Notes: generated by a model from the sequence alone, not told the origin. A stretch of DNA of 64,000 nt from Balamuthia mandrillaris (GCA_031835245.2 JAVKOQ020000010.1:62001-126000), one strand, 5' to 3'. Shown: positions 39,505-56,886, counted from the stretch's first letter. Program-made: numbers and translations.

Positions 39505-40575
39505 TCTTGTGTTATGAAAATAGGAACTGTTCCAAAATACAATGGAAGCGGTAAGGAACAGAAGTGCTCGCCTGTGTTTGCTTCATGTGCTCTCCCCTCG
39601 CAACACGAAGTACTTCCCGCCATTCACTATTAACGTCCTCACTCCTGCCACTGTCAAAGACCTTGAGTCTGGCGAAATGAAGCCTACAAGGTTATCTTCA
39701 TCTCTCTCTACTCTTTCCATCTTTCGCTCTTTTCTTTCTCTTTTGATACAACATCTTCTCTTTCCATCTTTTCTCTATTTTCTCTTTATTCTTTCCTTTT
39801 CTTATTATTATTCTGTTTGGTTTTAAACAGCAAAAAATCAGCCGAAGCGAGAAGAAAGGAATTGTTGGAAGAAGTGTTACCAACGTTGCTCTCCTTCTTC
39901 GGCGACGAAGAGACGCTCAGCAGCAAAGATTTTAAGTCCATCATCACGTGCCCCCTTGCTAGTCCCGTCCTCGCCGAAACGCTTCTCTGCGCAAAGGAGT
40001 CTGAAGTTGAAAAGCATGGTTTGTTTCTCTCCTCTCCTTTTCTCTTCTGGTTCTGTCCCTTCCTTTGGTACTGAATATTTTTTTCTTTCTCTTTTTCAGC
40101 GGCTCAAAAAGAAAGCATTCATCAAAGAATCATTCAACTTTGCCAAAACAAAGCGGAAGGAGAGGCAGAGGAAGAGGAAGAGGAGGAAGGAGGAAGCAAG
40201 CACTCGATAATGGAACACCCGGTTGGAGGTCGGTTGCTCAAACGTTTAGCCAAAGAGGACGACAGCTTTGCTGAGGCTTTGATGGAAGCCTCCTCCCCAT
40301 CCCAATTGTTGGAGTGGGCATCGAGCAAAGGCGGAGCCGCTTTCGTTGTTCTTGCTTTGGCGGAACAACCAAAGACGAGCGAGCGCGTTCGCAAGCAACT
40401 CTCTCCTCACGTGGCCAAGCTGAAGAAGAGCCAGGACGCGAATCAAAAGCAAAAAGAGAAAGCGAAGAAAGGAGGAGAAGGAGAGGAGAGCGGAAGAGGA
40501 GCAGGAGGCGGAGCAACGGAAGCTTTGGTTGCTTTGTTGACGGAAGGAAAGACGAAGAAGACCACTAAGAAATAA
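37844..40575 (+). CDS. PUM3: Pumilio-domain nucleolar protein PUM3/Puf6
   Basis: KRLWEELRR, KHDGSRVIQALIQFG, YSKYLVTKLLRYG, EFYGPHY, LHTKEGA, KDRKAIIK, DCTDDTVL. Confidence 0.9.
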
Positions 40576-40901
40576 AAGTAACAGAAATGTTTTCTTCTCT
40601 TTTCTTTTTCGTTTACTTTCTTTTATGTTTGTATATTATTTGTTGTCGACGGTTCTTGTGCGGACAGGTCAAGAGCGTAAAGTGTCCAGGATCGCCCGCA
40701 TAAGGCCAAATAATGGTTGGACTTTTGACGGCCTGGCACGGAGTCTCACCCATCGATTATCAATTTTTTCTTTTTATTTGTAATAATTCACCTTTTTTGC
40801 GTACAGAATCGATAAAAAAGCTAATAATTCAGAAATTATAGTCGACACTTATCGACAATCGAGTAGCAGCTTCCCAACAGGAGAAAGATTAGATCAGAAG
40901 A

Positions 40902-42189
40902 ATGAGCAAACCGCGACGAAGCCCGCGACTCCAAGCGTAAGTGTTTGTTTTTTATTGCTCATCTCTCTCTCTCTCTCTCTCTATGTTGTCCTCTCCTGAT
41001 GCACCACAACACACAGATCAACAACAACCTCAAGTAGAAAACGAAAACATGATGAAGTTGCAGCGAAAGAGGATCAAGTAAAGGAAGAAGAAGAGGAAGA
41101 AGTAGTGATCACTGCAAAAGGGAGTCAAAAGAAGAAAGGAAAAGAGAAACTCACCGCAACAGCGGCACAAAGAGATGAGGACGATGAGTTTCTAGCGTTC
41201 TTAGCGGAGGAAGGGCTCCCGCCCAAGCCACCGCAGCTCGATTTGGGCGACTACGAGCTCGATGACGACGGGATCCTCAACGACACCTTTCTGGTGGAGA
41301 CCCAGCAAGTGCTGTTCAAAGACTCGAAGACCATGCGGGACAAGCAGAAGCGGAAGAGGACGACCAAGATGCAGCGGCTCTATTCCTTGGACAACCTGTT
41401 GGCAGAGGCTCGAAAAAGTGCGACAAAGGAAGAAGAAGAGGAGGAGGAGGAAGAGGAAGAAAGAGAAGAGGAAGAAGAGGAGGAAGGAGGAGATCGTTCG
41501 GCTATCAATGAAACGATGGAAGAGGCGGAGCAAGAGTTTAATAAGGTGACCTTTTATTGCCTTCTCTTTCTATATTGCTCTTCTTCTCTGTTCTCACCGT
41601 TCACTCTCGTGCTCGCGTTCTCCTCTCCTCCTCTTCTCTCTCGCTTGGCCACACCTCAAATAGGCATACCGCAAGCTTGGGGATGATTATGAAAAGACGA
41701 TAGTTCCAATGTCACTGTTTCCGGATTGGTCACCAACGCGGATATCATCCCCTGAATTTCGAACACCCTTCTTGGATCTTACTCCTATTGAGAAGATATT
41801 AGCAGCCGTACAAGGTATTCTTGCGATCTGTTGTTTCTACTTTCCGTCTTTCTCTAAACTGGAGTTAAACCTCAGCGAAGAAGGTTATAAATGCAACGCT
41901 TGCAAGTGGCGATGTGGCAGCTCTTCTAATACATCAACGTGAGCCTTATCCATCCTCTGTGATCGATTGGCTCTTTTTCACAGGTTGCTACTGCTCTTAT
42001 CTTACCTCTCTCTCTCTCTCTCTCTCATCTCTGTTATTTACAACAACTTTTTTGTGTTTAAAAAGTGGCCTTTAGTGTACATAAGCCAATAGCTTGGGCA
42101 GCTTTTCAAGCACTCGGTTCATGCATACGTGACACTCAAGTAATTCTTGACGCTCTCTCTCATTCTATTTTTTAACGGCAAGTTTTGCT

Positions 42190-42227
<38 letters not shown>

Positions 42228-43546
42228 ATCTTTTTAGAAAGAAACAATTATACATCTGCCGCTTGCGTCTCTCTCAGCGGAGAATAATCAAATGCAAGAG
42301 AACGGCAATGGAGGTCCCTCACATCAACCCATTTTGACAATGCAACATTTCACACGCGCATGGACAGACTATGGGGCACTCAACGAGAATTTCCCTTCTT
42401 CGTCATCAACGTCATCATCATTATCTTGTTCTTCTTCTTCTTCTTGTTCTTCTTGTTCTTGTTCTTCTTCTTCAAGAACTGTGTTAGATTTGGACTCTAG
42501 CCCTGAAATCTCTCCACGGAAACAAGAATACAAGCGAGCAGCCCCAAAAAAATTTCCAACATTTAATTTTGATCTCACCATGCAGTGCCTTCTCCACACT
42601 CTTCAATATCGGTAACTCTCGCTCTCTCATCTTCTTTCTTGTCACTTCTTTCCTTATTTTGCTTTCTCCTTCTGTCCTCTCTGTTTCTATATTCACAAAA
42701 TTTTATCTCTCAACAGACCAAAAAGCTTCGCCACATCAGAACTGGAATGCCTTTTAAAATGGACGTGTAAATGTCTCTTCGATCCAGCGCTGCATTGGCA
42801 CACTACCACCGTTCACAGCGTTCTTTCCTTCCTTATCGCCGCTCTTTTCGCTCAAAAAACTCTCAATTCAACTTCATCTTCTTCACCCGAGACAGAAATA
42901 GACAATCGCGTATTATACATATGTGAGTTATTACGAGATCCATCCATCACACGCGATCATCAAAACCATCTTACCATTCTTCGTGCGTTGCCACAACACC
43001 CTTCTTCTTCAATCACGACGACGAGGAGTGAGGGACCAGGAGCTGCTGGTTGGAAGCAACTCCGAGTGACGTTTGCTCTCGATTTGTTTTACTGTCATCA
43101 CCCTCGGGGCTCTGATTATTTTGCGGATGAGGTTTGTGGAATGCCTTCTTTCTTACCTTTCTTTTCCTTCTTGTTCATCTCCTTTTTTCTTTCTTGTCTC
43201 TCTTCTCTTTATATTTGTTTAACATATCTGAAACCAAAACAATAACAGTCAATTAGAAACACGGAAATCCTCTATCCAACTATTGAAAACTTCGCCAGAG
43301 TGGTGCTGGAGATCAACATAGGAGCCTACACGGACTATTCCCGGCTTACCAGCCTGCTCGCCTTTCTGGAGACGGCCCTCAGCGAGGAGAGACCGTTCTT
43401 GCGGCGTCCGCGCGCCGTGCAAACCCTTGTGCGCAGCTTAGAGAAGCTCAACGCCCAAATACGCGAGTCACAAGGCTTCAACCTTATGGTCACTAAAGTA
43501 TGTTTTTTTTCTCTTCCTTCTTTCTTCACTCAGCTTTCTTCTTCTG

Positions 43547-43580
<34 letters not shown>

Positions 43581-43777
43581 GCGAGTACAAAAATAACGGT
43601 CTTTACTGTCGAACAAAATGAAAGGCAAAAGATATGCTAGTGTTGGCTCAAGCGAAGCTGAATTTGATACTACGATCGCTGAGCCACAAGGAAAAACAAC
43701 AAACAACACTGACAAAACTTTTTGGCGCTGCTTCACCCTCTCCTTCACCATCTTCTTCTACTGCAAAGAAAGAGTGA
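40902..43777 (+). CDS. Multi-exon protein, tentatively SLF2/FAM178 (Nse6)-like
   Basis: Acidic/basic N-terminus, LYSLDNLLAE, and a helical C-terminal region with LLDPAL and LNAQIRES. Recalled resemblance only. Confidence 0.45.
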
Positions 43778-43939
43778 AGAGAACAAAACGAAAATGAATT
43801 TTTTGACCGAAAAACTTGCACTTGGATGATCATTGTTCCTTTGAGGAAGACAAAAAAAAACCCCAAGCCAAGCATTGGCTTCATTGAAGATAGAAAGTCG
43901 TTGCCCACTGTGCTACTCCAGCTTCGTCCAGACCATTCT

Positions 43940-43979
<40 letters not shown>

Positions 43980-44321
43980 ACTCCCTCTCCTCTCTTGCTA
44001 GCTCTCTTCAAGTTTACACTGCTGACTTTACTGCCCGGTCTCGATATAGCGCTTCAAGTAGTCTTCTCTCGCCTCTGGACTGGCGTCCTCCCAAGCAGAG
44101 CTGCAGAGTACATGTTTCTGTGGTCTATCGCTTTGTCCGACCAGCCCGTTTTCGGGTCGGGGATCCCACAGGGGCGACTTTTGGGGAGAGTGTCCTGTGG
44201 TTGCCGCGGCGGGGGAGAGGAATGAATTGTTTCTTTTCCTGTTTCAATGTTTATTCGGTGGAACGTGTCCGTTGGCTGTGATAGATGGGCTGCCTGGTCT
44301 ATTGTTGAGAATGGATGTTGG

Positions 44322-44364
<43 letters not shown>

Positions 44365-44511
44365 AAAATGAGAAGGAGCAGGAGGATAAGGAGAAGAGCA
44401 CAAATGATTTGTGGGCCAGTTTACTTTTTTTTCTGCATAAATAACAATTCATAAAAACGAAAGTACAAACAACAGAGAAAGAATGAAACAAAAATTACAC
44501 ACACAGCGGTT

Positions 44512-44650
44512 TTAACTGTTCTCCCCTTCCTTTGGCAAACGATTCAATTGGCTCAAAATGAACCCTTTCTCCAGCTCAAATGCTTTATTCTCTTCTTCTT
44601 CTGTATTGGAAAAGCTAATAAGAACTCGCAACAGCAGAGAGGGAGAGAAC

Positions 44651-44691
<41 letters not shown>

Positions 44692-45569
44692 CAGAGGAGT
44701 GAAACAAATCAAACCTTCCACTTTTCTTTGTAATCCTTCAAAATAGTTTATCAGCCTCTCGCGATTCCGTTGAAGAATGAGCAGAACCGGCGGTGAGGGA
44801 TCGGTGGTGAACATGGAGAAGATGGCGAAGGCGGCCGTTCGTACGCTCTCGCTCTTGTCCCGAAGAAAGCCCATCACCAATTTTAAGTGTTCTGCGTCGT
44901 CCAACCACCGCTGCGCCATTGCGGGCGGCATTATGCGACGAACTAATTGTACCAATAACTAACGAGTTTCGATGATGAGAGCAAGAAAAGAATGATAATA
45001 GAGCAGAATGGAAGGAGGAAATACCTCTAAAGATTGAGTTTTGATGACAAAGTTTTCCGATGTGATCAATGCCCTATAAGATTCGAAGAACTTGAAGTAT
45101 ATATATTAAAAAAAAGTCAGTTTAACTAAAGAAAGGGGAAAAAAGTGAGAGATAGAAAGAGAGGATTACCTTATCATGGTGTTGTTCCAAGAAAGAAACC
45201 GTTTCTTCTGGATGTGTTAACAAAAGTTCCTGTGCAACCTACGTTAAAAAGAGGGCGAGAACTAGGGAACAAGAGAACGAGAAGCAGAGTAACAGAGAAG
45301 GAAGAACACACTTTGAAAGTAGCCAACTGATCTGACGACACTCCGAAGTCAGGGGACTGAATCCGCTCAAAGAACACAAAGAACTCTGGCATACCAAGCA
45401 ACAGCTTTGCCAACCTCTTGTAACGCAAACACTGCCGCAGCATGGTGCCACAGTGCACCATGATTTCCTCCTTACCATATCTTTTGGTCAAATGAGAGAA
45501 GAGAAATAAGAACGAGAACGATAGAAAGGGAGAGAGGCAAAGAGAGAAAGAAAAATGCAAGGAAGCAAG

Positions 45570-45600
<31 letters not shown>

Positions 45601-46257
45601 GTATACTGATTAAAGAGAAGGTAGAGAGTGGGTGGATTTGCTGCGAGGTATTTTACAATCGGGAAGCGCGAGCCAACCTTCCGATGAAGGAGAAAGTTGA
45701 ACAGGTCCATTGTGTCGCGTTTAGACTAAATAGATGCAGCACAGCAGTGAGAAAATGAGGGAGAAAAAAAAAAGAAGGAGAAAAAAGAGGAGAGCAACAA
45801 GATGAAAAAGGAGGACAAGACAAGAAGAAGAAGAAGAAGAAGAAGAAGAAGAAGAAGAAGAAGAAGAAGAAGAAGAACAAGAAGAAGAAGAACAAGAACA
45901 AGAAGAACAAGAACAAGAAGAAGAACAAGAACTAAGAACTAAGGACTAAGAACAGCAGAGCAAGCCAGCACCTCGAATTCGAGCAAGTGAAAGTGAGTCA
46001 ACATGGGAGGAATGACAGCGTCCGAAGCAAAGAGCGGCACCAAAGCGTCCACCGACTCGGCCGTGGGCAGGTCTTTGTCCGAGGCGGTGGTCGTCGGCAG
46101 AAAGAACTCCTTGAACTGCGTCAGCGCCTCACTGATCTCCACCATTTTGTTGCGAAGTTGCTAACCCAAACAAAAAAGTCGAGAGAGAAGGAGAGGGTGA
46201 GATGAGAGGAAAAAAGGAGAAACAGGGAGAGGGAGGGAGAGAGATAACGACAAAAAC

Positions 46258-46299
<42 letters not shown>

Positions 46300-46518
46300 G
46301 ATTGGAGAGAGAAGTGGTAACGATGATGGGAAAGAAAGAAAAACCTCATTGGGCGCAGGCTCGGTCGATTGGAGGAGAGTGGCCACCTCTGCGTAGGAGT
46401 CCTGGAGAAAAGTGACCCACGTGCTGTCCACCTTTGGGGCAGAGCCAAACCTGGCGGAGAGCTTGCTGCCTAATCTTCTCATTTCTTCACTTTCTATTTT
46501 TTCTTCAATTTTTTCCAT
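44512..46518 (-). CDS. MO25/CAB39-like scaffold protein
   Basis: HFHLLEFE, CGTMLRQCLRY, FERIQSPDFGVS.D.LATFK, HLKLVMGFLRDKSESVRTAAFAIF, ILQRNRERLI. The start may instead be the ATG at 46482. Confidence 0.88.
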
Positions 46519-46710
46519 TTACTGTCGACAGTAATATAGTCCGTACATGCACTTCGAACCCATCCAAGTCGTTTCCAAAATTTGTCCACTTTATACCCAG
46601 AGCATATCAACTAATAAAAACCAGACATTTTATGCCCTTTTCCTTGTCCTCTTTTCGTCATTCTCACTTTTTTTTTCCTTTTCATTTCTTTTCTTTTCAT
46701 TTTCTTTCTC

Positions 46711-50629
<3,919 letters not shown>

Positions 50630-51211
50630 GTCTTTCTTTTCTTTCTTTTCTTTCGTTAAAAATCACCAAGACTAAACTCAAGGCTCCTCATGCATTAGTA
50701 CTCCTCATGACGACTTGGGAACGCTGCACAACTGCTGCTGACCCTCTGATGAAATGCTGTTCATGTTATTAAAGCGGCTCATTGCTTTGATCTGTTACTG
50801 AAAGTTTCAAACCACCAATCAAAAATCAAAACAGAGGCTTAATCTTACCATAAAAAGGCCTTTTCAGTTGTTCTTTTTCATTGTCTCATCTCTAGCAGAG
50901 ATCTTCACGTCGACAAAAATTCATTGCTCCGTGTTATCCAAAAAAGAAAACGCCTCACAAAATAATACCTCTCCGCGCTAAATTCCTTAAATTCCTCGGT
51001 TTCAGGTGTTTTCGTTTGGATGGAAAGAAAGGAGAGGGAATGCCCCGACAAGAGTAAAGATGAGAGAGAAGAGGGCGCCTCAATTGGAGACAATGCCCCG
51101 ACCACCACTAGTGATTCTTGGGAAAACGTGCAGATAAGTTGAAACTTGGCTCCTACGCAGCGATGGTTCCAAATGTTGCCATGACAAACACAGGGAAAAC
51201 GCGCGCGTTAG

Positions 51212-52760
51212 ATTGAGGTATCATGTTTTACAACTGTTACGATGTGCTTCAGTGGCCAGAAAGCTAAGAGCAAGTCTAACTATTGGACATGTGATGACAA
51301 CTCTTGCAAGTATCGAGATATTTGGGGTGTATGTGGAGTTACCAGCAACGGCGTCATAGTTCTTCATGTTACGAATACTTTTTCTTTTACCGTTAACATC
51401 CCTCCGGATGCAATCCTGCAAAAACAAACCGGGCAAGGGCGACTGATTTGCTACGAACTTGGTTCCTGGGAAACGGTCTCGAGCGTAACAAGCAGAACGG
51501 CAGAGTTTTGGACCGGTGATGCGGTCGTCTCTCTCAACTCTACCATCGACCCTCAACAAACCCGGTACGTGGCTGGGGCACCCGCTAGGATGGACGTACG
51601 AATTGGCAACTTGGGCCCATCCGCAGCCAGGATGGCTGCATGCGACGTCGTTGTTTCTCACGGGGAATTTGTGATCCCACCATCCAACTGCCAAACAACT
51701 GCAGAATCCAGCCGTTGGAGACGCACTGGGGCGTTCGATATTTTCCCTGGTAGCGAAGGTGAGCTACTTCGTTTCGTGGTTGCTTTTGTAGTTGTCCCCC
51801 TATCCAACTATCCATGTCCGTTCTTTGTAACATTACCGAGTGTAAGTTCTAACCAAGCAAATAGAAGCTATAACAGGCTTTGTAATCCAACCGACTCCAG
51901 AGCATAGAGATTCGGTCTGGATGAAAGTTACCAATTGCACTGCATCTGGAACAGTAAAATCTGAAATGTCGGACGTGTTTCATAACTTTAGCGTTGTTCC
52001 TGTATGTAACCTCACCCAGTCTTTCTCTGGTTGGTTTGAAACACTTACAATCTAGTTGTTCTGTTTAATGGAATATGTGACCTTTGTTCTGTTATTCCTT
52101 TGCAGAAAGCACGGACCGAACCCTGAGAACAAACTCGGTGTCACGCGTTAGTGCACTCATTCTCAACGACGCCATCCGCTTCGTTGGCATCGATTTGCCG
52201 TTGGACCTTTTCTACTACGGCTCTCAATTTCGAGAAGGCCTTGAGTGCTGACACAAGAGAATGTACCGCAAGCTACGAGCCGAATCTTGTTGTTTCATGC
52301 AAGGTAGATGCAGCGCCTGGGAACACCACTGTCAGTATCTCTGTCTCGGCCCAACCACAACTTGCCGGGACTCCATCTTTTGACGTTTTGTTCGGCTGTG
52401 TGGATGAAGCGGGCGCAGTGGCGGAACAGTACCAATGTCCCTCGTGGACATAATCGAGGATTTGGACGACCTCAGGCTTTTTGGAGCAAATGGATGTTTG
52501 TAGGAGCGGGCGGTGGGTTGTTGCTACTCCTTGTGGCGGCGCCTACGCTGATTTGTCTGCTTCTACGCAAACGAAGAGCTTCGCTCAAACGTGAAAGGCA
52601 AACCGTCGAGCACCTTGATGGCCTGGAAATGTACGCTACCCCCTTAAACTTCTCAAAGTCAGCCAGGAGACAGTCAGTGTAAAAGAGAGGATTCAAGTGG
52701 GAGATCCCGTTTGTGGAGCTTGAGTTCGAGGAACAGATTGGCCGAGGGCAAGTTGGTCAT
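51212..52760 (+). pseudogene. Disrupted, truncated single-pass receptor (tyrosine-kinase-like) gene
   Basis: Ectodomain exons, then TM WMFVGAGGGLLLLLVAAPTLICLLL-RKRR, then KWEIPFVELEFEEQIGRGQVG (kinase subdomain I), which breaks off. In-frame TGA at 52124, frameshift near 52440-52453, in-frame TAA at 52680. Confidence 0.75.
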
Positions 52761-53334
52761 TCCCCTCCCTTGGGCCTGCCAGTGAGGGGAATGCGCAGCA
52801 AGAAAAGCACAAAAATTTTCTTAGAAGAATTTCACCTTTTCACGTCGTCCTTTCCGTTAAATGTCGACATCTACTTTTCGGAGATATGGCGTAAGCCCTC
52901 AGTTCCTCGCTTTCCCGCCAATTTTTTGCGCCCCCCATTTTAAACCTTCCAGAACATCTTCAAGTAGTGAACCCCAAACAAAAAACAAACAAACAGAGAA
53001 AGTTTCATACACTACACACTACACACTACACACGGACAAAACACTGCGGAAGTTTTGGTGCTTCTGTACGTGACTCACACACGCCTACGCACACAAGGGA
53101 AGAGTTTGTTTTTTTTTTTTAAAAAAAAAAGAACATCGTACACACATAAATAACGTACGTAAAAAAACAAAACTTTTGTGGTGGGAAAAATCTGTTTCCT
53201 TTCTTCCCCTCTTCCTCTCTCTTTCTCTCTTTTCTCTCTCTTTAAGTTGCTTTGAGATGATGTTTTGTTTCTTTTTCATGTCTATTGTTTTTGTTGATTT
53301 TTTTTTTTTTGGCTGTGTGTGGTATTTAGAGAAG

Positions 53335-56300
53335 ATGCAAGGCACTCCGTCGTTTGACACAGAAGAGAATCTGAGGGCCATCACTGGAGTATTGGCCCAA
53401 ACCTTCTCTGAACAGCAAGCCAGTAGAAAAGAAGGTACCTTTTTTTTTGTTTCTCCAACTATCGCACTCTCGTATCGCTTTTTTTAAAAAAAAAACCCTG
53501 TGCTCCTCTCTTCTTGTTTATTTAATCTCTTCTCTCTCTCTTTTGCTCGTTCTCTCTTTGGTCTTCACTTTCTCTCTCTCCTCTGCTCCTTTCTTCTCAC
53601 TCGCTCTCGCTCTCTCGCTCTCTAAATTGCTTATCTCACTCTATCTTGACGTAACGCGCAGCCGAGAGTCATCTCAAACAAGTGGAAAGCAGTCCCGGTT
53701 TTCTCATCTTGTTGCTTAAGCTGCTGGGCACCGAGGGCATCGACAATTCCGTGAAGGTCGCCGCCTCTATTTATTTCAAAAACGTGGTCAAGAACAACTG
53801 GCAGGTACGTCTTGGTGCCCTTGTTTCTTTGTTTGTGTTGTGTGTGTTTTTTTAAAGAGGTCGAGGCCAACGTGAGTATGATGAGCAACCAAACGAGCTC
53901 AATGTCATAGCGACACCAACTTGCTTTGATGACTATAACGTTTTGTACCAACCCATAGAATCTGATCCGTTGTTTCCTCGACCCTCTTATTGTTTGAATG
54001 TTTGTCTTTTTTGCTTACGATATTTGTTTCTCACCGTTCTTTCTCTTTGTTCTGTTCTGTTATGTTCTCTGTTTTCTTGTTTCCAGCGAATTGAAGGACA
54101 TCAACCAGATGTTGTCATCACCTCCGAAGACAGAACTCAAATTAAGACCGTTATTGTTGACCTTATGCTCAGCGTTAACGTGCACATACAAAGACAGCTT
54201 GCAGAGTCCCTCAGCATTATCAGTCAATATGACTTTCCCTGGGAATGGGAGACTTTGCTTCCTGTAACCTTTTCTCCCTCGCTCTTTCTGTTCTCCTCTT
54301 CTCTCTCTCTCTTTTGCTCTCTCTCCCTCTCTCCCTCTCTTGCTCTCTCTCGCTCCATTTTTTTTAGCATGTATGTATCTTACGCGTCTTATCCACAGAA
54401 CTTGATCCAAAAACTGGACTCGAAAGACTTCAACGTCATCAACGGTGTGCTTCGCACCATTCACTCCATATTTAAGAGGTTTGTTGGCTCATTTCTTCCC
54501 GATACCAGCGGGCAGCATTGTGCGTTCTTTGGCTAACATTGGCTTTCATTCTTTTTTCAAATCAGATATCGTCATCAATACAAGTCAGACGCCATTTTAA
54601 GGGAGCTTCAATACATCTTGGGCGTTTTCGAGAAGCCATTCTTGCAACTGTTCTTGGTAAAATATATTTTTCCATGTTATCCTCTTTTCCGTTTGTTGAC
54701 CACATTTTCTTGTAATGCAGGCTTTAAGCAAAGCAGTGGAAAGTAACGCTTCTCAGCCATCTGTTCTTCGTGTGCTCTTTGTGTCGCTTGACCTTGTTGC
54801 CAAGATTTATTACTCCCTCTGCTACGTGGACTTGCCAGATTACTTTGAGGACACTTTGAACGAGAGCATGGGAGAGTTCCATAAGTATCTCAACTTCAAA
54901 TCAACTGCGCCCGAGCTCGTTTCTGACGTTCGTTCTCCTCTCTCTGCTTTCATTCTCTTCTTTATGTAACTTGCGCGTAACTTTTTTCTTTTCTTGAATG
55001 CAGGATGATGAGGAGCCAGGCGTCTTGCACGAATTGCAAGCCTCTATCTGCCAAAACATCAACCTCTTTATAGGCAAATATGAAGAGGAATTTGCTCCAT
55101 TCCTTCCCATTTTCGTGGAGGATGTGTGGAGGTTGCTCACGGAGCTTGGCTCTGAAATCAAGTTTGACACAGTATGGATTTTTTTCTTATGAACTCTGCT
55201 TCTCCAATTGCTAATAATTTTCTCTCGTGCTCTCTTAAAACTAGTTGGCAACGAGTGCCATTGGTTTTCTGACCTCCATCAGCACCAGCGTGCACTACGA
55301 ACTGTTCAAAGATCCCAATACATTGAAGAGCATTTGCGAAAAGATTGTTATCCCTAACATCAATTTCAGGGATTCGGATGAGGAGCTCTTTGAGGACAAT
55401 CCCTTGGAGTACATCCGCCGAGACATTGAAGGCTCCGACAGCGATACCCGACGCAGATCCGCCAGCGAGCTCGTTAAAGGCATGCGAAAGCACTACGAAG
55501 CCCAAGTCACACAAATTTTCTCTGCCTACATTACTTCTATGCTTGAGGTTCTCTCTCTTTCTCTCTCTGAATGATATCCTCTTTTCGAATGTGTTGTTAA
55601 CTTGGTTCTCCTGATATTGTAGCAATATTCGAACAATCCATCTGAGAACTGGAAAGCCAAGGACGCTGCAATCTACCTCGTAACCGCTCTGACCGTTGTG
55701 AGTGCCACAGCCGCTGCCGGCGCCACACGCACGAACCAACTTATCGATGTCGTCAGCTTCTTTGCCTCTCAAATCCTGCCAGAATTGCAGGGTAAGCAAA
55801 GCGACTCGTTGGTGCTCAAAGCGGACGCCCTTAAGTTTGCGACCTCCTTCCGAGGACAGCTCCCACCTGACGCCCTGACCACCGCTTTCCCTCTGGCTGT
55901 AAGCTTGTTGGAGAGCGAGAACTACGTGGTGCATACCTATGCTGCCACTTTCGTGGAGCGCGTGATGACGGTCAAGGCTACCAATGCTTCTACTGGAGTA
56001 GTGGCCCCAATCTTTGGAAAGGACAAGTTGCAGCCTGTTCTTGCCCGGCTGCTCATCAATCTCTTTAACATCTTTAACAGACGCGAATCCCAAGAAAATG
56101 ACTACGTCATGAAGAGTAAGACATTCCCGCATCGCTTTCTTTTTCTTTTCTCTTTGTATTGGTCTCGTCTAACTTTGAAACTTTCTTATGAACAGCTATC
56201 ATGCGGGTAATCAACACAGCCAAGGAAGACATCATGCCGATGGCCGAAGAAATCCTGAAGCAGCTGACCGTTGTTTTGGGACGAGTCTACAAGAACCCAA

Positions 56301-56839
56301 CAAACCCTGGCTTCAATCATTATCTCTTTGAGTCCATTGCTGCCCTCATGAGGGTTGTATGCACGACTGACCCCAGCCGTGTTGCCGTCTTTGAAAACCA
56401 TCTCTTCCCCGCCTTCCAAGCCATCCTTATGGAAGACATCACAGGTTCTTTTTCTGTTTTCGCTTTTCTTCCCTTTAAACTTTTCTCTTTTTTCGTTACT
56501 CTTTTCCACTGTTGACAATCTTCTTGCTCCTCAGAATTTGCACCCTACGTATTCCAATTGTTGTCCTTCTTGTTGGAGCTTCGGACAGACAGCGTCACGG
56601 AAGCCTACATCCAGTTGTTCCCTCCTCTCCTCACTCCTGCTCTTTGGACCAGAACCGGCAACGTGCCGGCCTTGGTGCGTCTGTTGCAGGCCTACTTGCG
56701 CAAGGCCGCTCCTGAGATTGTTGCTGGCGGACATCTCAAGGGCATCCTTGGTGTCTTCCAAAAGTTGATAGCCTCCAGTGTGACCGACCACGAAGGATTT
56801 TACCTGTTGGAAGCCATTGTTGAGCACGTTGATCCGTAT

Positions 56840-56886
<47 letters not shown>

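Noticed and set aside
50707..50801. Possible C/D snoRNA (TGATGA 50747, CTGA 50798) or SECIS-like element
   Set aside because: The guide match to 18S is only 9 nt with a G-U pair, there is no terminal stem, and it is not in a 3' UTR.
52124..52682. Stop-codon reassignment or selenocysteine explaining the in-frame TGA and TAA
   Set aside because: Neighbouring conserved genes end normally in TAA, TGA or TAG, and this locus also has a frameshift and a truncation.
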